This document shows positions 8,783-16,807 of a stretch of 17,825 bases of DNA, piece by piece (the first letter of the stretch is position 1; each line of letters begins with the position of its first letter). The notes under the pieces are model-generated. The model searched no databases, was not told where the DNA came from, and was given only the letters and a program-made list of their open reading frames with translations. A program made the translations under genes and the position numbers. The stretch is from Pseudomonadota bacterium. Lineage in GTDB: Bacteria > Bdellovibrionota_B > Oligoflexia > Oligoflexales > CAIMVM01. Location: assembly GCA_037142195.1 (NCBI GenBank), contig JBAXBA010000075.1:1-17825 (forward strand), written 5' to 3'.

Positions 8783-10417
8783 ATGCGACTTTTTAATGCA
8801 AAAAATAGGATTCAGCTTAAGAAAGCCTTTATGCCTGAGGTAAGGCAGGAAGCTCCTGCTTCTGCGTTAGGGTGGCTTTATGCAGCTGTCGAGGCAGGAC
8901 TTAGGTTTGCAAAGAGCCCGAGACGAAGTCTTATGGGGGAAGGTAACTTAGAGCATTTGGCCTGCGAAGAACTTTCTGAGTGGGGAGATGGTTTAGGGAA
9001 AGCCCTTGAGTACTCCGAGCAGACCATTGCGCCACATTTGGTTTTAACTCAAAATCCTCGCTTTATGGGCCACATGACGAGTGAGGTTCACTTGTCCAGC
9101 CAAATGGCTGACATTTTACAATCCTTCTATAATCAAAACCTAGTCAAGCAAGAGACAGCTCACGGCGCCAGTGACATCGAACGACAAACGGTCTTTTGGC
9201 TTCATAAATTGATTTATGGCCAAGATGCCTCGTTTTATGAGGAAGCTTCCAAAGACTATGGCCATTCTCTTGGAAGCACTGTTAGCGGTGGAACGATCGG
9301 TAATATCACTGGTTTGACGGTCGCTCGCAATTTGCGGTTTCCTGAAGTGAAGCAGAAGGGCTGGCAGGCTCTAAGCTCTTTGACTGCGGGACCTGAAACG
9401 TTAAAAGTTGCCATTTTGGCATCCCAAAGGGCCCACTATTCCTTACTTAAAGCATGCTCCCTACTGGGTTTAGGAGAGGAAAGCTTAGTTGTCATTCCTG
9501 TCGATGCTTTTACTAACAAAGTTAGTTTGAATCTCATGAGGGAAACCGCAAAGACGCTGCAGGCTCAAGGCACCATTATATTGGCCATCGTCGGTGTCGC
9601 AGGTTCTACTGAAACGGGGAGCATTGACGATCTTAAAGAGCTAGCGCAAATCGCAAAACAATATGGAAGTTGGTTTCATGTGGATGCAGCTTGGGCAGGT
9701 GCTTATCTTTTTAGTGAAAACCTGAAGCCTTTGTTAACGGGAATCGAACTTGCTGACTCTGTCGTCATCGATGGCCATAAGCTCATGGGTCTCACCATGG
9801 GGCATGGAATGGTGTTGTTTCGGCAAAAAGAAAGTTTAGACGCTCTGTTGCATCACGCCCATTATATCCTAAGGACTACCAGCCGAGATTTAGGTCGTTT
9901 CACTGTAGAAGGATCTAAGCCTTTTAATGCGTTTAAACTTTGGTTCACCGGCAAGTCCATTGGGCAACGTGGGATTGCATCCCGAGTGGAGACCGCTCAT
10001 TTCAAGGCCCAACTTTTTTTGGAATGCCTAAAAGCGTATGATTGTTTTGAAGTCACAAGTGCGCTCGAGACGACAATCTTGACTTACCGTTATATGCCAT
10101 CTTGGGTGTCAAACTTAGGTCTAGAAGAAGATTCTAAATTTGGTGATTGGTTGTCTTCGACTTTGAATCATGTCAATCAGGAAATACAAGAATTTGGCCG
10201 GCGCGACGCTCCGGGCTTTGTTTCTAGAACTGTACTCGAGTCGGTCAGAGGCGCAAAGGGTACCTGCACCGTTTTTAGGGCTATCCCCATACATTCGGAA
10301 ATTTCAGAGTCCCATATCCATGCCCTCCTTCGTTGGCAAAGGTCAAAAGGCGATGAGCTATTTGCCAAATATTTTAAAAAATCTCCCTTTCAAAACCTGT
10401 TGAAGATTACAAAGTAG
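8783..10417 (+). CDS. panP: group II PLP-dependent decarboxylase, PanP-like (putative aspartate 1-decarboxylase)
   Basis: FMGHMTS, NQNLVKQET, SGGTIGN, HYS..KA, GVAGSTETGSID, FHVDAAW, PLP lysine in IDGHK, and HAHYILR..SRDLGRFTVEGS match the PanP subfamily as I recall it. The substrate is inferred. Confidence 0.8.
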   Translation: MRLFNAKNRIQLKKAFMPEVRQEAPASALGWLYAAVEAGLRFAKSPRRSLMGEGNLEHLACEELSEWGDGLGKALEYSEQTIAPHLVLTQNPRFMGHMTSEVHLSSQMADILQSFYNQNLVKQETAHGASDIERQTVFWLHKLIYGQDASFYEEASKDYGHSLGSTVSGGTIGNITGLTVARNLRFPEVKQKGWQALSSLTAGPETLKVAILASQRAHYSLLKACSLLGLGEESLVVIPVDAFTNKVSLNLMRETAKTLQAQGTIILAIVGVAGSTETGSIDDLKELAQIAKQYGSWFHVDAAWAGAYLFSENLKPLLTGIELADSVVIDGHKLMGLTMGHGMVLFRQKESLDALLHHAHYILRTTSRDLGRFTVEGSKPFNAFKLWFTGKSIGQRGIASRVETAHFKAQLFLECLKAYDCFEVTSALETTILTYRYMPSWVSNLGLEEDSKFGDWLSSTLNHVNQEIQEFGRRDAPGFVSRTVLESVRGAKGTCTVFRAIPIHSEISESHIHALLRWQRSKGDELFAKYFKKSPFQNLLKITK

Positions 10418-10437
10418 ACGGCTTGCCTTGAGGCTTT

Positions 10438-10830
10438 ATGAATCTTCTTATGAGCTACTTTAAAAACCCAAGACATCAGGGTCTCATAGAAAAGTTTACG
10501 AGTGAGGCTACAAGGTGCAATCGCACCTGTGGTGATCTTTGTCATATGAGGTTGTCCTTGTCGCCGATAAAGGTTAGCTACGAGGCAGAGGGCTGCAGTT
10601 TGCACTTAGCGTCGGCAGAGATGGCAGCTGAAATGTGTTCTGGGCTTGAAAGAAACCAGGCTATGCAACTGGTTTCAAGCGTCATTCTCCATCTTGAACA
10701 AAATGTAGGGGTTTTCGAAGACCCCAGGCTTTTGGCACTCTTCGAAATTAAATCTCATCCCGTGCGTCGAAAGTGCGCGACTCTGGCCTGGCAAACTCTT
10801 TTCGAGGTCTTGGACTCGGCGTGTGAGTGA
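10438..10830 (+). CDS. sufU: SufU/IscU (NifU N-terminal-like) iron-sulfur cluster assembly scaffold or sulfur-transfer protein
   Basis: YFKNPRHQG, NRTCGD, EGC..ASA and HPVRRKCATLAW retain the three Cys plus Asp of SufU. It lacks the IscU LPPVK motif. Confidence 0.8.
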   Translation: MNLLMSYFKNPRHQGLIEKFTSEATRCNRTCGDLCHMRLSLSPIKVSYEAEGCSLHLASAEMAAEMCSGLERNQAMQLVSSVILHLEQNVGVFEDPRLLALFEIKSHPVRRKCATLAWQTLFEVLDSACE

Positions 10831-11263
10831 AGTTTTGTGCCGAAGGAGTCAGCTTCTGCATTTGCTCTTTAGAGCAGATTCTAGTGCTTTGAAATAATAT
10901 GATTGTGAAATCTGTTTCCTGAGTCGTGGCAGCATCAAGGACAATTTGACCTTCTTTTGTGGTGGCTCCCCTGCGGGCACAAAATGTAAATTTTGAGCCA
11001 TTTTTTTCAGCTGTAATAATGTCTTTAAAACTCAAAACCTTATAGCCTTGAGATTCAATTTGATGGATCAACAAATTCTTATCAAACGCGTCAAACTTTA
11101 TAGCAGCTTGGACTCTGTTTCTTTCGCATTCGGGGCAGCGCTTTCCTGACCATCGTGATCCTGAAGCATCTGTATACAGCTTGCTGCCGTCACTCATTCT
11201 TTTTCCACTGAAAATAAAATCTTTTTTGATCAAACAGTAACCGCATTCGCGCATTTTTTCCAT
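10748..11263 (-). CDS. hypothetical zinc-finger protein (CxxC...CxxC)
   Basis: GGAGG SD 6 nt before ATG, with ECGYC and RCPEC pairs. The 3' end overlaps sufU by 83 bp. Confidence 0.75.
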   Translation of the reverse strand: MEKMRECGYCLIKKDFIFSGKRMSDGSKLYTDASGSRWSGKRCPECERNRVQAAIKFDAFDKNLLIHQIESQGYKVLSFKDIITAEKNGSKFTFCARRGATTKEGQIVLDAATTQETDFTIILFQSTRICSKEQMQKLTPSAQNFTHTPSPRPRKEFARPESRTFDARDEI

Positions 11264-11362
11264 TTAAGACCTCCAACCTGAGTATTTTATCAAGCCTTAG
11301 ACAAGAGTTCAATTTCCATATTGAGATTAGGTCAGGTACAATAGGTTTGAGGAGAATACATC

Positions 11363-12520
11363 GTGGTTCAAGAAAGTTCCTATCAAATTTGGAAATTGGT
11401 AAACCAAAGGATTTTCCTAGATGAGATTGGTTTTTGTCATCCCATACAAGTAATCTGTGACATTGATAAAACCTACCTTGAAACTAATTTTGAAAGCATT
11501 GCCAAGATGGCAAAGATCGCACTGGAAAGCAGTGAAGATAAAATTACCGTCCAAGGCGCTCAAGTGCTCCTTAATTGGCTTAGGTGGGGAGAACCCGATG
11601 ACTTAGAGGGCTTTAACTTGGACCAAATTGTACCTTTACATTTTGTGAGCTCCTCGCCACCTCAACTCCGCAGAACTCTCGAAGAAAAATTGATGTTTGA
11701 CGGGCTTCTTTGGTCTTCTGATACATTTAAAGATCAGGCTTACAATATTTTTAAGGGAAAATTTAAACTCCTCAAACATCAAGTTGCCTATAAAGTTGCC
11801 GCTATTTTGAATTTAATCGCTAGAATGAAAGATGACAGCCATATTCTGTTTATTGGGGATAATGCAGAGTCTGATCCGATGATCTATCAGTCAATTTCTA
11901 TGTTGTTGACAGGTCTGATCACGGAGTCTGAATTTGTAGGTTTGCTTTCTAGTCTGGGCGTTAAAGCACATCAAACAAGAGATATTTTAGATCGAATAGG
12001 TGATGTGCCGAGGAATGTTAAAGTAAGTATTCTTATAAGGCGTTTAGAATCCTATCCTCATCGTCCCTCACCTATAGGGGGACAAGTCACTATTTATTAT
12101 TATGACCATTATCTTGAGTTGGCAATGCATTTAATGTCTCAAAATCTGCTGGATCCAAGGCGTCCGTTTAAACTTATGAAAGAATTTCACAATCGCGCGG
12201 GCTTTTCCTTGCGAGCCATTGGTTCAGCATTGGACGCAGCGCGGAATACTTTTGTACATATGGAAGAGGTCTTTGATGAAGTTAAAAGAAACTTTGCCGA
12301 GCTCCAAATTCCATTTGAATCGGATGCCTGGGCTAAAGAAATTCATGAAAAACGATGGTCTGATTTTTTAAAATTGCAGTTGCAAAAAATTGACACCACT
12401 CCTTCCAAGCAGGACTCCAAGTTCATCGGAAGTATTGTTCGCCAGAGAAAATCGTCTCCTCCAACATTTAATCGGAGAGTAGAGCTCTTCTACCAATGGG
12501 TGGAACAGATGAAAAAATAA
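11363..12520 (+). CDS. App1-like (DUF2183) HAD-superfamily phosphatase, putative phosphatidate phosphatase
   Basis: HAD motif I CDIDKTYL, motif II HFVSSSP, Lys in YKV, motif IV IGDNAESDPMIY. GAGGAG SD before GTG. Confidence 0.78.
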   Translation: MVQESSYQIWKLVNQRIFLDEIGFCHPIQVICDIDKTYLETNFESIAKMAKIALESSEDKITVQGAQVLLNWLRWGEPDDLEGFNLDQIVPLHFVSSSPPQLRRTLEEKLMFDGLLWSSDTFKDQAYNIFKGKFKLLKHQVAYKVAAILNLIARMKDDSHILFIGDNAESDPMIYQSISMLLTGLITESEFVGLLSSLGVKAHQTRDILDRIGDVPRNVKVSILIRRLESYPHRPSPIGGQVTIYYYDHYLELAMHLMSQNLLDPRRPFKLMKEFHNRAGFSLRAIGSALDAARNTFVHMEEVFDEVKRNFAELQIPFESDAWAKEIHEKRWSDFLKLQLQKIDTTPSKQDSKFIGSIVRQRKSSPPTFNRRVELFYQWVEQMKK

Positions 12521-12522
12521 TT

Positions 12523-13866
12523 TTATTTAGATGGAGGTTGTTCATTTCCTGAGACAGGGTTGGTGAGTAGAATTTTATCAACTCTATTGCCATCCATATC
12601 CATAACTTCAAGTTTCAAGCCATTCCAATCCACAATATCTGCTTCCCTGGGGATTCTTCCTAGAAGGTGCATGACCAGGCCTCCAAGGGTTTGAATGTCT
12701 TCTTCAACTCGATTCTTAAAGTGCTTCAGTTTGGTGAGCTCTTCCATATTGTCTAACAATGTTAAACCATCGATCAGGTAAGACCCATCAAGTCTGCGAA
12801 TGACAGAGGCTCCCACATCTTCAAACTGACCGGGAACTTCTCCGACAATGGCCTCCATAATGTCAATGATAGAAACGATTCCTGCGAGTCCGCCATATTC
12901 ATCAATGACCATGGCTATATGAACTTTATTCGCTTTAAATCTTTCTAAGGCCTCAAGTGCGTCTAATGCCTCGGGCAAATAGAGAGTATCTGGCATTAAG
13001 CAATTTTCAATCGATTCCTCAACATTAGCTGCGTTTTGAATTTTCTTAAGTATGAGCTTTGTGGAAATAAAACCTTGTGGTCTATCCATCTCTTTATAAA
13101 AGGCCGGATAGTAAGAATGGTTTTCAGATATGATCACTTGTATGGATTTGTCGGTGGGGTCGGCCAAATCAATCATGACTACCTTAGTTCTTGGCGTCAT
13201 GATGTCTTGAACCTGAATGTCGCCAAGTCTCATGGCTCTCTTCATAATAAGTCCTTCGTGTGCATCCACAACGCCCGCCTTTGAAGCCTCGTCGATAAGG
13301 ATGCGCATTTCGTCTTCTGTTACGGGAGCGTCTTGAACATGACGTTCAAAACCAATGATGAGAAGCATGCGATCTGTAGTCCAACTAAGGACCTTGGTAA
13401 ACGGATGATTGATAAAAGCAAGGAGCTGTATGGGACGCGCTAGGGCGCTGGCAATCACTTCCGATTTGACAAGTGCCAATCGCTTTGGGAGAAGCTCCCC
13501 AAGGGTAATGGTTAAAAATCCAACCGATAAAATGACGATGCCGACACCAAATAAGTGTGTCATTTGAGTAGGTATTCCAGGGAATCTTTCAATTAAAAAA
13601 GCGGCTAGATTTTCGCCTAAGGTAACCCCTGAAAAAGCCCCTGCTGCTAGCCCTATGAGTGTGATGCCTGTTTGCACAGTTGCGAGAAAATCTGAAGGAG
13701 AATTTGCAAGCTTCAAAGCTCGCGCAGCACCAGTGCTACCTTTGTCTGAAAGCTCCTGAAGTTTCGACTTTCTAGATGAGACAATAGACATCTCTGCTAA
13801 AGTTAAAATGCCGCCTAAACAAATAAATAAACACGTCATCAAAATATCTAAAAAAGCTTGTGACAC
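12523..13866 (-). CDS. hemolysin family / CNNM (DUF21)-CBS-CorC protein, putative Mg2+/Co2+ transport-associated
   Basis: AEMSIVSSRK, FLATVQTGIT, LGELLPK, IMTPRT, CBS pair with VIDEYGGLAGIVSIIDIMEAIVGE, and CorC domain TLGG...MDGNRVDK. Confidence 0.93.
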   Translation of the reverse strand: MSQAFLDILMTCLFICLGGILTLAEMSIVSSRKSKLQELSDKGSTGAARALKLANSPSDFLATVQTGITLIGLAAGAFSGVTLGENLAAFLIERFPGIPTQMTHLFGVGIVILSVGFLTITLGELLPKRLALVKSEVIASALARPIQLLAFINHPFTKVLSWTTDRMLLIIGFERHVQDAPVTEDEMRILIDEASKAGVVDAHEGLIMKRAMRLGDIQVQDIMTPRTKVVMIDLADPTDKSIQVIISENHSYYPAFYKEMDRPQGFISTKLILKKIQNAANVEESIENCLMPDTLYLPEALDALEALERFKANKVHIAMVIDEYGGLAGIVSIIDIMEAIVGEVPGQFEDVGASVIRRLDGSYLIDGLTLLDNMEELTKLKHFKNRVEEDIQTLGGLVMHLLGRIPREADIVDWNGLKLEVMDMDGNRVDKILLTNPVSGNEQPPSK

Positions 13867-14033
13867 TCTATTTACCAGCCTACGCAGTTATCGATGGGAT
13901 GAAGTTTAACATAATGGGAATTAATTTGCAAATGCTCGTGTTATCAGACGCTTAGGGGTCTTTTTTCAACTTTCTTGGGGGAGCCTGGTTCGCTGCAAAT
14001 ACGAGTGTCTTTCCTGAGTCCTTCATAAGTCTT

Positions 14034-14966
14034 TCATAAGGCCCCTTTAATGAGGTTCCATGCTAAACTTACTTCCATATTAGATTGAGATAGGAGAGAG
14101 GTTGTTGCTTGCGTCGCAATTTGGCTGGTTACGAGTCTGCTGACTTCGGAAGCATAATCGGTGTCGGCTACTTTTGATTTGGCGGCCGCGATGTTTTCAG
14201 AGTAAACATCATTGAAATCAAGGGTCTTTTGAAGCCGGGTCTGAAGTGCTCCGAAAACAGATCTTTGTTCAGATAGTTTGGTAAGAGCTTCTTCATAAAC
14301 CGACTGAAATCCTTCAGTATTCGATGTGATAAAGTCTTGAACCTCTTCAAAGCCAATGCCGTCGGCCCCTGTTGTCTGACTTAGAAGTGCACTTGCGCTC
14401 TTAAGACCTAAGCTTTCGGGGCGTGTGTCCACATCCTTTATGCCTGCGAATCGAATCGTATTTATATCACTTTCTTCATTGCCGTCACTACTTGCAAGTG
14501 GGTCGTCCACTCTAAAAACCAGCTCATCGGGAACCTCTTCGCTGCTCCCATTTAGTATCGGAATCCCATTAAATGTGGTTGCAACCGACATCCGGTCTAG
14601 CTCGTCATAGAGAGCTTGATACTCCACAAATAGATAGCGTCTTTCTTGGTTTGATAGAGTGGTGCTTGCCGCACTCATATTGATTTCTTTCATTCGGGTA
14701 ACCGTATTGGAAATTTCACTCATAGAAGAGTCAGCAGTTTCCACAAGAGATATCGCATCGTTGACATTCTTTTTGCTGGCCGCGAGGGATCTCAGACGAA
14801 ATTCCATCTTTTCGGCGAGTGCTCTTTCCGATGGTTTTGGGTCTAAGGACGTAAAGACTTGTCCTGTGGATAGCTTCTCTAAGCTGTCACTTTGCGATTC
14901 CTGGTGTTTTCTCAGAATGCGGTTGAGTTTGGATGACCCACTTTTATCTGTGATTGAAAAGCCCAT
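14034..14966 (-). CDS. flagellin-family protein (divergent)
   Basis: N-terminal SLEKLSTG, NVNDAISLVETA, RMKEI and ELDRM..TTFNGIPILNG; C-terminal QRSVFGALQTRL and SKVADTDYASEV...QI..QA...LLSQSN. ATG 14966 (MGFSI) aligns with a flagellin N-terminus. Confidence 0.88.
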   Translation of the reverse strand: MGFSITDKSGSSKLNRILRKHQESQSDSLEKLSTGQVFTSLDPKPSERALAEKMEFRLRSLAASKKNVNDAISLVETADSSMSEISNTVTRMKEINMSAASTTLSNQERRYLFVEYQALYDELDRMSVATTFNGIPILNGSSEEVPDELVFRVDDPLASSDGNEESDINTIRFAGIKDVDTRPESLGLKSASALLSQTTGADGIGFEEVQDFITSNTEGFQSVYEEALTKLSEQRSVFGALQTRLQKTLDFNDVYSENIAAAKSKVADTDYASEVSRLVTSQIATQATTSLLSQSNMEVSLAWNLIKGAL

Positions 14967-14968
14967 TT

Positions 14969-16747
14969 CTAGCTCGCCTTTTGCGACAGTTTTTGCTTTC
15001 TTTCGGCGCTGGCTTTCGTCTCTGAGCGAATCATGGAATCCATTAATGAAGCCGACTGACTCAAGAGCTTTCCATACCACTGCAAATCGTTTTTCACGGG
15101 AGAACGACCTAAATGAGCTTCCGATGCCTCGTGAATATCTCTCTTTAAAGTAACACCTCGATCCTTGGCTTCAGAAATAAGTATAGCTGATGATGAGACG
15201 TCATCAGCAGCACCTTTTAAAACCTCTACTCCATGACGAAGATCTATAAATGCTCTCTGTGAAGATCGATCTATACGATCGTTAATTACGGAGACATTAG
15301 AGGCTAGCGATGAAATTTCCTTCAAGGTTAGAACTTTACTAATTAATGTGTCATGAAACCTCTTGGATTTCTCAAGAGCGGACTTTTCGATTTTTTCAAA
15401 TTTATCCAAAGATCCAGAAAATTTCGAATTTGTTTCTTTTATTGTAGCAAGAGTGTCATTGAGGGCTTTCCCGCTGCGATTGATTTTGGATAAACTTTTA
15501 TAGAAGTCTTTGACGGTAAGGTCTGCTTTTCCAACGGAAGAGTTTGATTTGGTGAGCTTCGTAGACGCTTGCTTGGCGTCACTTTGTATTGTAACCAACA
15601 GGTCGTTAATGTTTCTTGTTGTAGAAGATGACCTCACGGCGAGCTTTCTTACTTCTTCGGCAACGACTGCAAATCCTTTTCCTTGCTCCCCTGCTCGTGC
15701 CGCTTCAATGGAGGCGTTTAAAGCTAACAGGTTAGTTTGTTCTGCAATATCGTCAATAACATCGACGATTTGAACGATTTCTTCCGCTTTTTTAGAAAGC
15801 TCCAGAACTAAGAGCAGAGCTTCAGCTACTTCTGCATTGGATTCCGAAATGGAACTTTCTACTTCGGCTACTATTTGAGTTGTAGATTGAGCATCTTTAG
15901 CCAGCTGATGCGAAGTTTCAATGGCGTTTTGGATTTCTGTTCTGACTACTCCATCGACTTTGAAGATGGACTGAATTTGAAGGATTGTCGATTTAGCTTC
16001 CGTGTTGCATCGGTCAAGATTTGAGGCATCAACTTCCAGAGACTTCCTGAGGGAGCGAAGTTGTGTAGACAGAGTGCCAAACTCTAAAGGCACTGATCCC
16101 GCTGCGCGGTTGTCAGATTGAGCTTGAGAAATTATGTTTTCAAGGCGCGAAATTCCTGATTTTAAAGCATCTTCTGAAACTTTTCCGATGGATTCGAAGA
16201 CGTGGAGTTTGGCTGTAATTTGAAGAATCGCCTCTGCTTGACCATCGAGATTAAAACTTGCGGGGCGTTGGCTAGTTTCGGATGGGCCTCCCAAAATCGC
16301 ATCGGACACGGTTTTTAAGTCCGTATTTAGTACACTCCAAATTTTCGAATAGTCTTCTCCGCTTTCTTCCGATCTTAAGCTGGATTTGCTTTGGTTGTCC
16401 CCATTTTTTGCGTGGCTCGAAGAAATCAAAGCTTGGAACCAAATCATTGCGCCTAAAAGAAGCCCCCCACTCGCAGAAAGGTACAAAATAGCTTTTGTGT
16501 ATTTACTGGCCAATTCAAGACTGCTTTGTATAGATGTCATCACTTTAATATTTTCGGCGGATAGGTCTGTATTTGAAGATACAAATGAAGCCAAGTCAAA
16601 CTTGATTACTTCTAGGAAGCCTAGAGGATTGATCGGCAATCCTGGGGACGCTGCTAGAAGCAGAAGGGCTATTCCAAAAAGCAACAAACCGGTTGCTGCA
16701 AATAGTAAAAGCGTACGGCTTAAAGATGACTCTTGATGATTAGACAT
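14969..16747 (-). CDS. methyl-accepting chemotaxis protein
   Basis: Two N-terminal TM helices, and hairpin tip [49 protein letters not shown]. Confidence 0.95.
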   Translation of the reverse strand: MSNHQESSLSRTLLLFAATGLLLFGIALLLLAASPGLPINPLGFLEVIKFDLASFVSSNTDLSAENIKVMTSIQSSLELASKYTKAILYLSASGGLLLGAMIWFQALISSSHAKNGDNQSKSSLRSEESGEDYSKIWSVLNTDLKTVSDAILGGPSETSQRPASFNLDGQAEAILQITAKLHVFESIGKVSEDALKSGISRLENIISQAQSDNRAAGSVPLEFGTLSTQLRSLRKSLEVDASNLDRCNTEAKSTILQIQSIFKVDGVVRTEIQNAIETSHQLAKDAQSTTQIVAEVESSISESNAEVAEALLLVLELSKKAEEIVQIVDVIDDIAEQTNLLALNASIEAARAGEQGKGFAVVAEEVRKLAVRSSSTTRNINDLLVTIQSDAKQASTKLTKSNSSVGKADLTVKDFYKSLSKINRSGKALNDTLATIKETNSKFSGSLDKFEKIEKSALEKSKRFHDTLISKVLTLKEISSLASNVSVINDRIDRSSQRAFIDLRHGVEVLKGAADDVSSSAILISEAKDRGVTLKRDIHEASEAHLGRSPVKNDLQWYGKLLSQSASLMDSMIRSETKASAERKQKLSQKAS

Positions 16748-16779
16748 AGGACTCCCCCAGAGATAGATTCCTATGTACT

Positions 16780-16807
16780 TGGTCGGAGATATGAGTCTAT
16801 AAGTTTA
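16780..16807 (-). promoter_or_regulatory. sigma28 (FliA/SigD)-like promoter for the MCP-flagellin pair
   Basis: Minus strand TAAA (16807-16804), N16, TCCGACCA (16787-16780), 32 nt before the MCP ATG. Consensus is TAAA-N15/16-GCCGATAA, and the downstream genes are typical sigma28 targets. Confidence 0.5.

Noticed and set aside
12523..13866. Literal hemolysin or toxin function
   Set aside because: The DUF21-CBS-CorC architecture indicates divalent-cation homeostasis; the family name is historical.
13888..13908. TAAA...ATCGATAA sigma28-like elements upstream of the CNNM gene
   Set aside because: The spacer is only 9 nt, whereas 15-16 nt is required.
14967..15080. GTG 15080 as the flagellin start (348-aa ORF)
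   Set aside because: It lies inside the MCP gene with no SD, and flagellin homology begins at Met 14966. The open frame is treated under the frameshift finding instead.
14425..16736. Plus-strand ORFs 14425-14610, 14659-15153, 15510-15773, 16282-16491 and 16386-16736
   Set aside because: They are antisense shadows of the flagellin and MCP genes with Ser/Leu/Phe-rich mirror composition.
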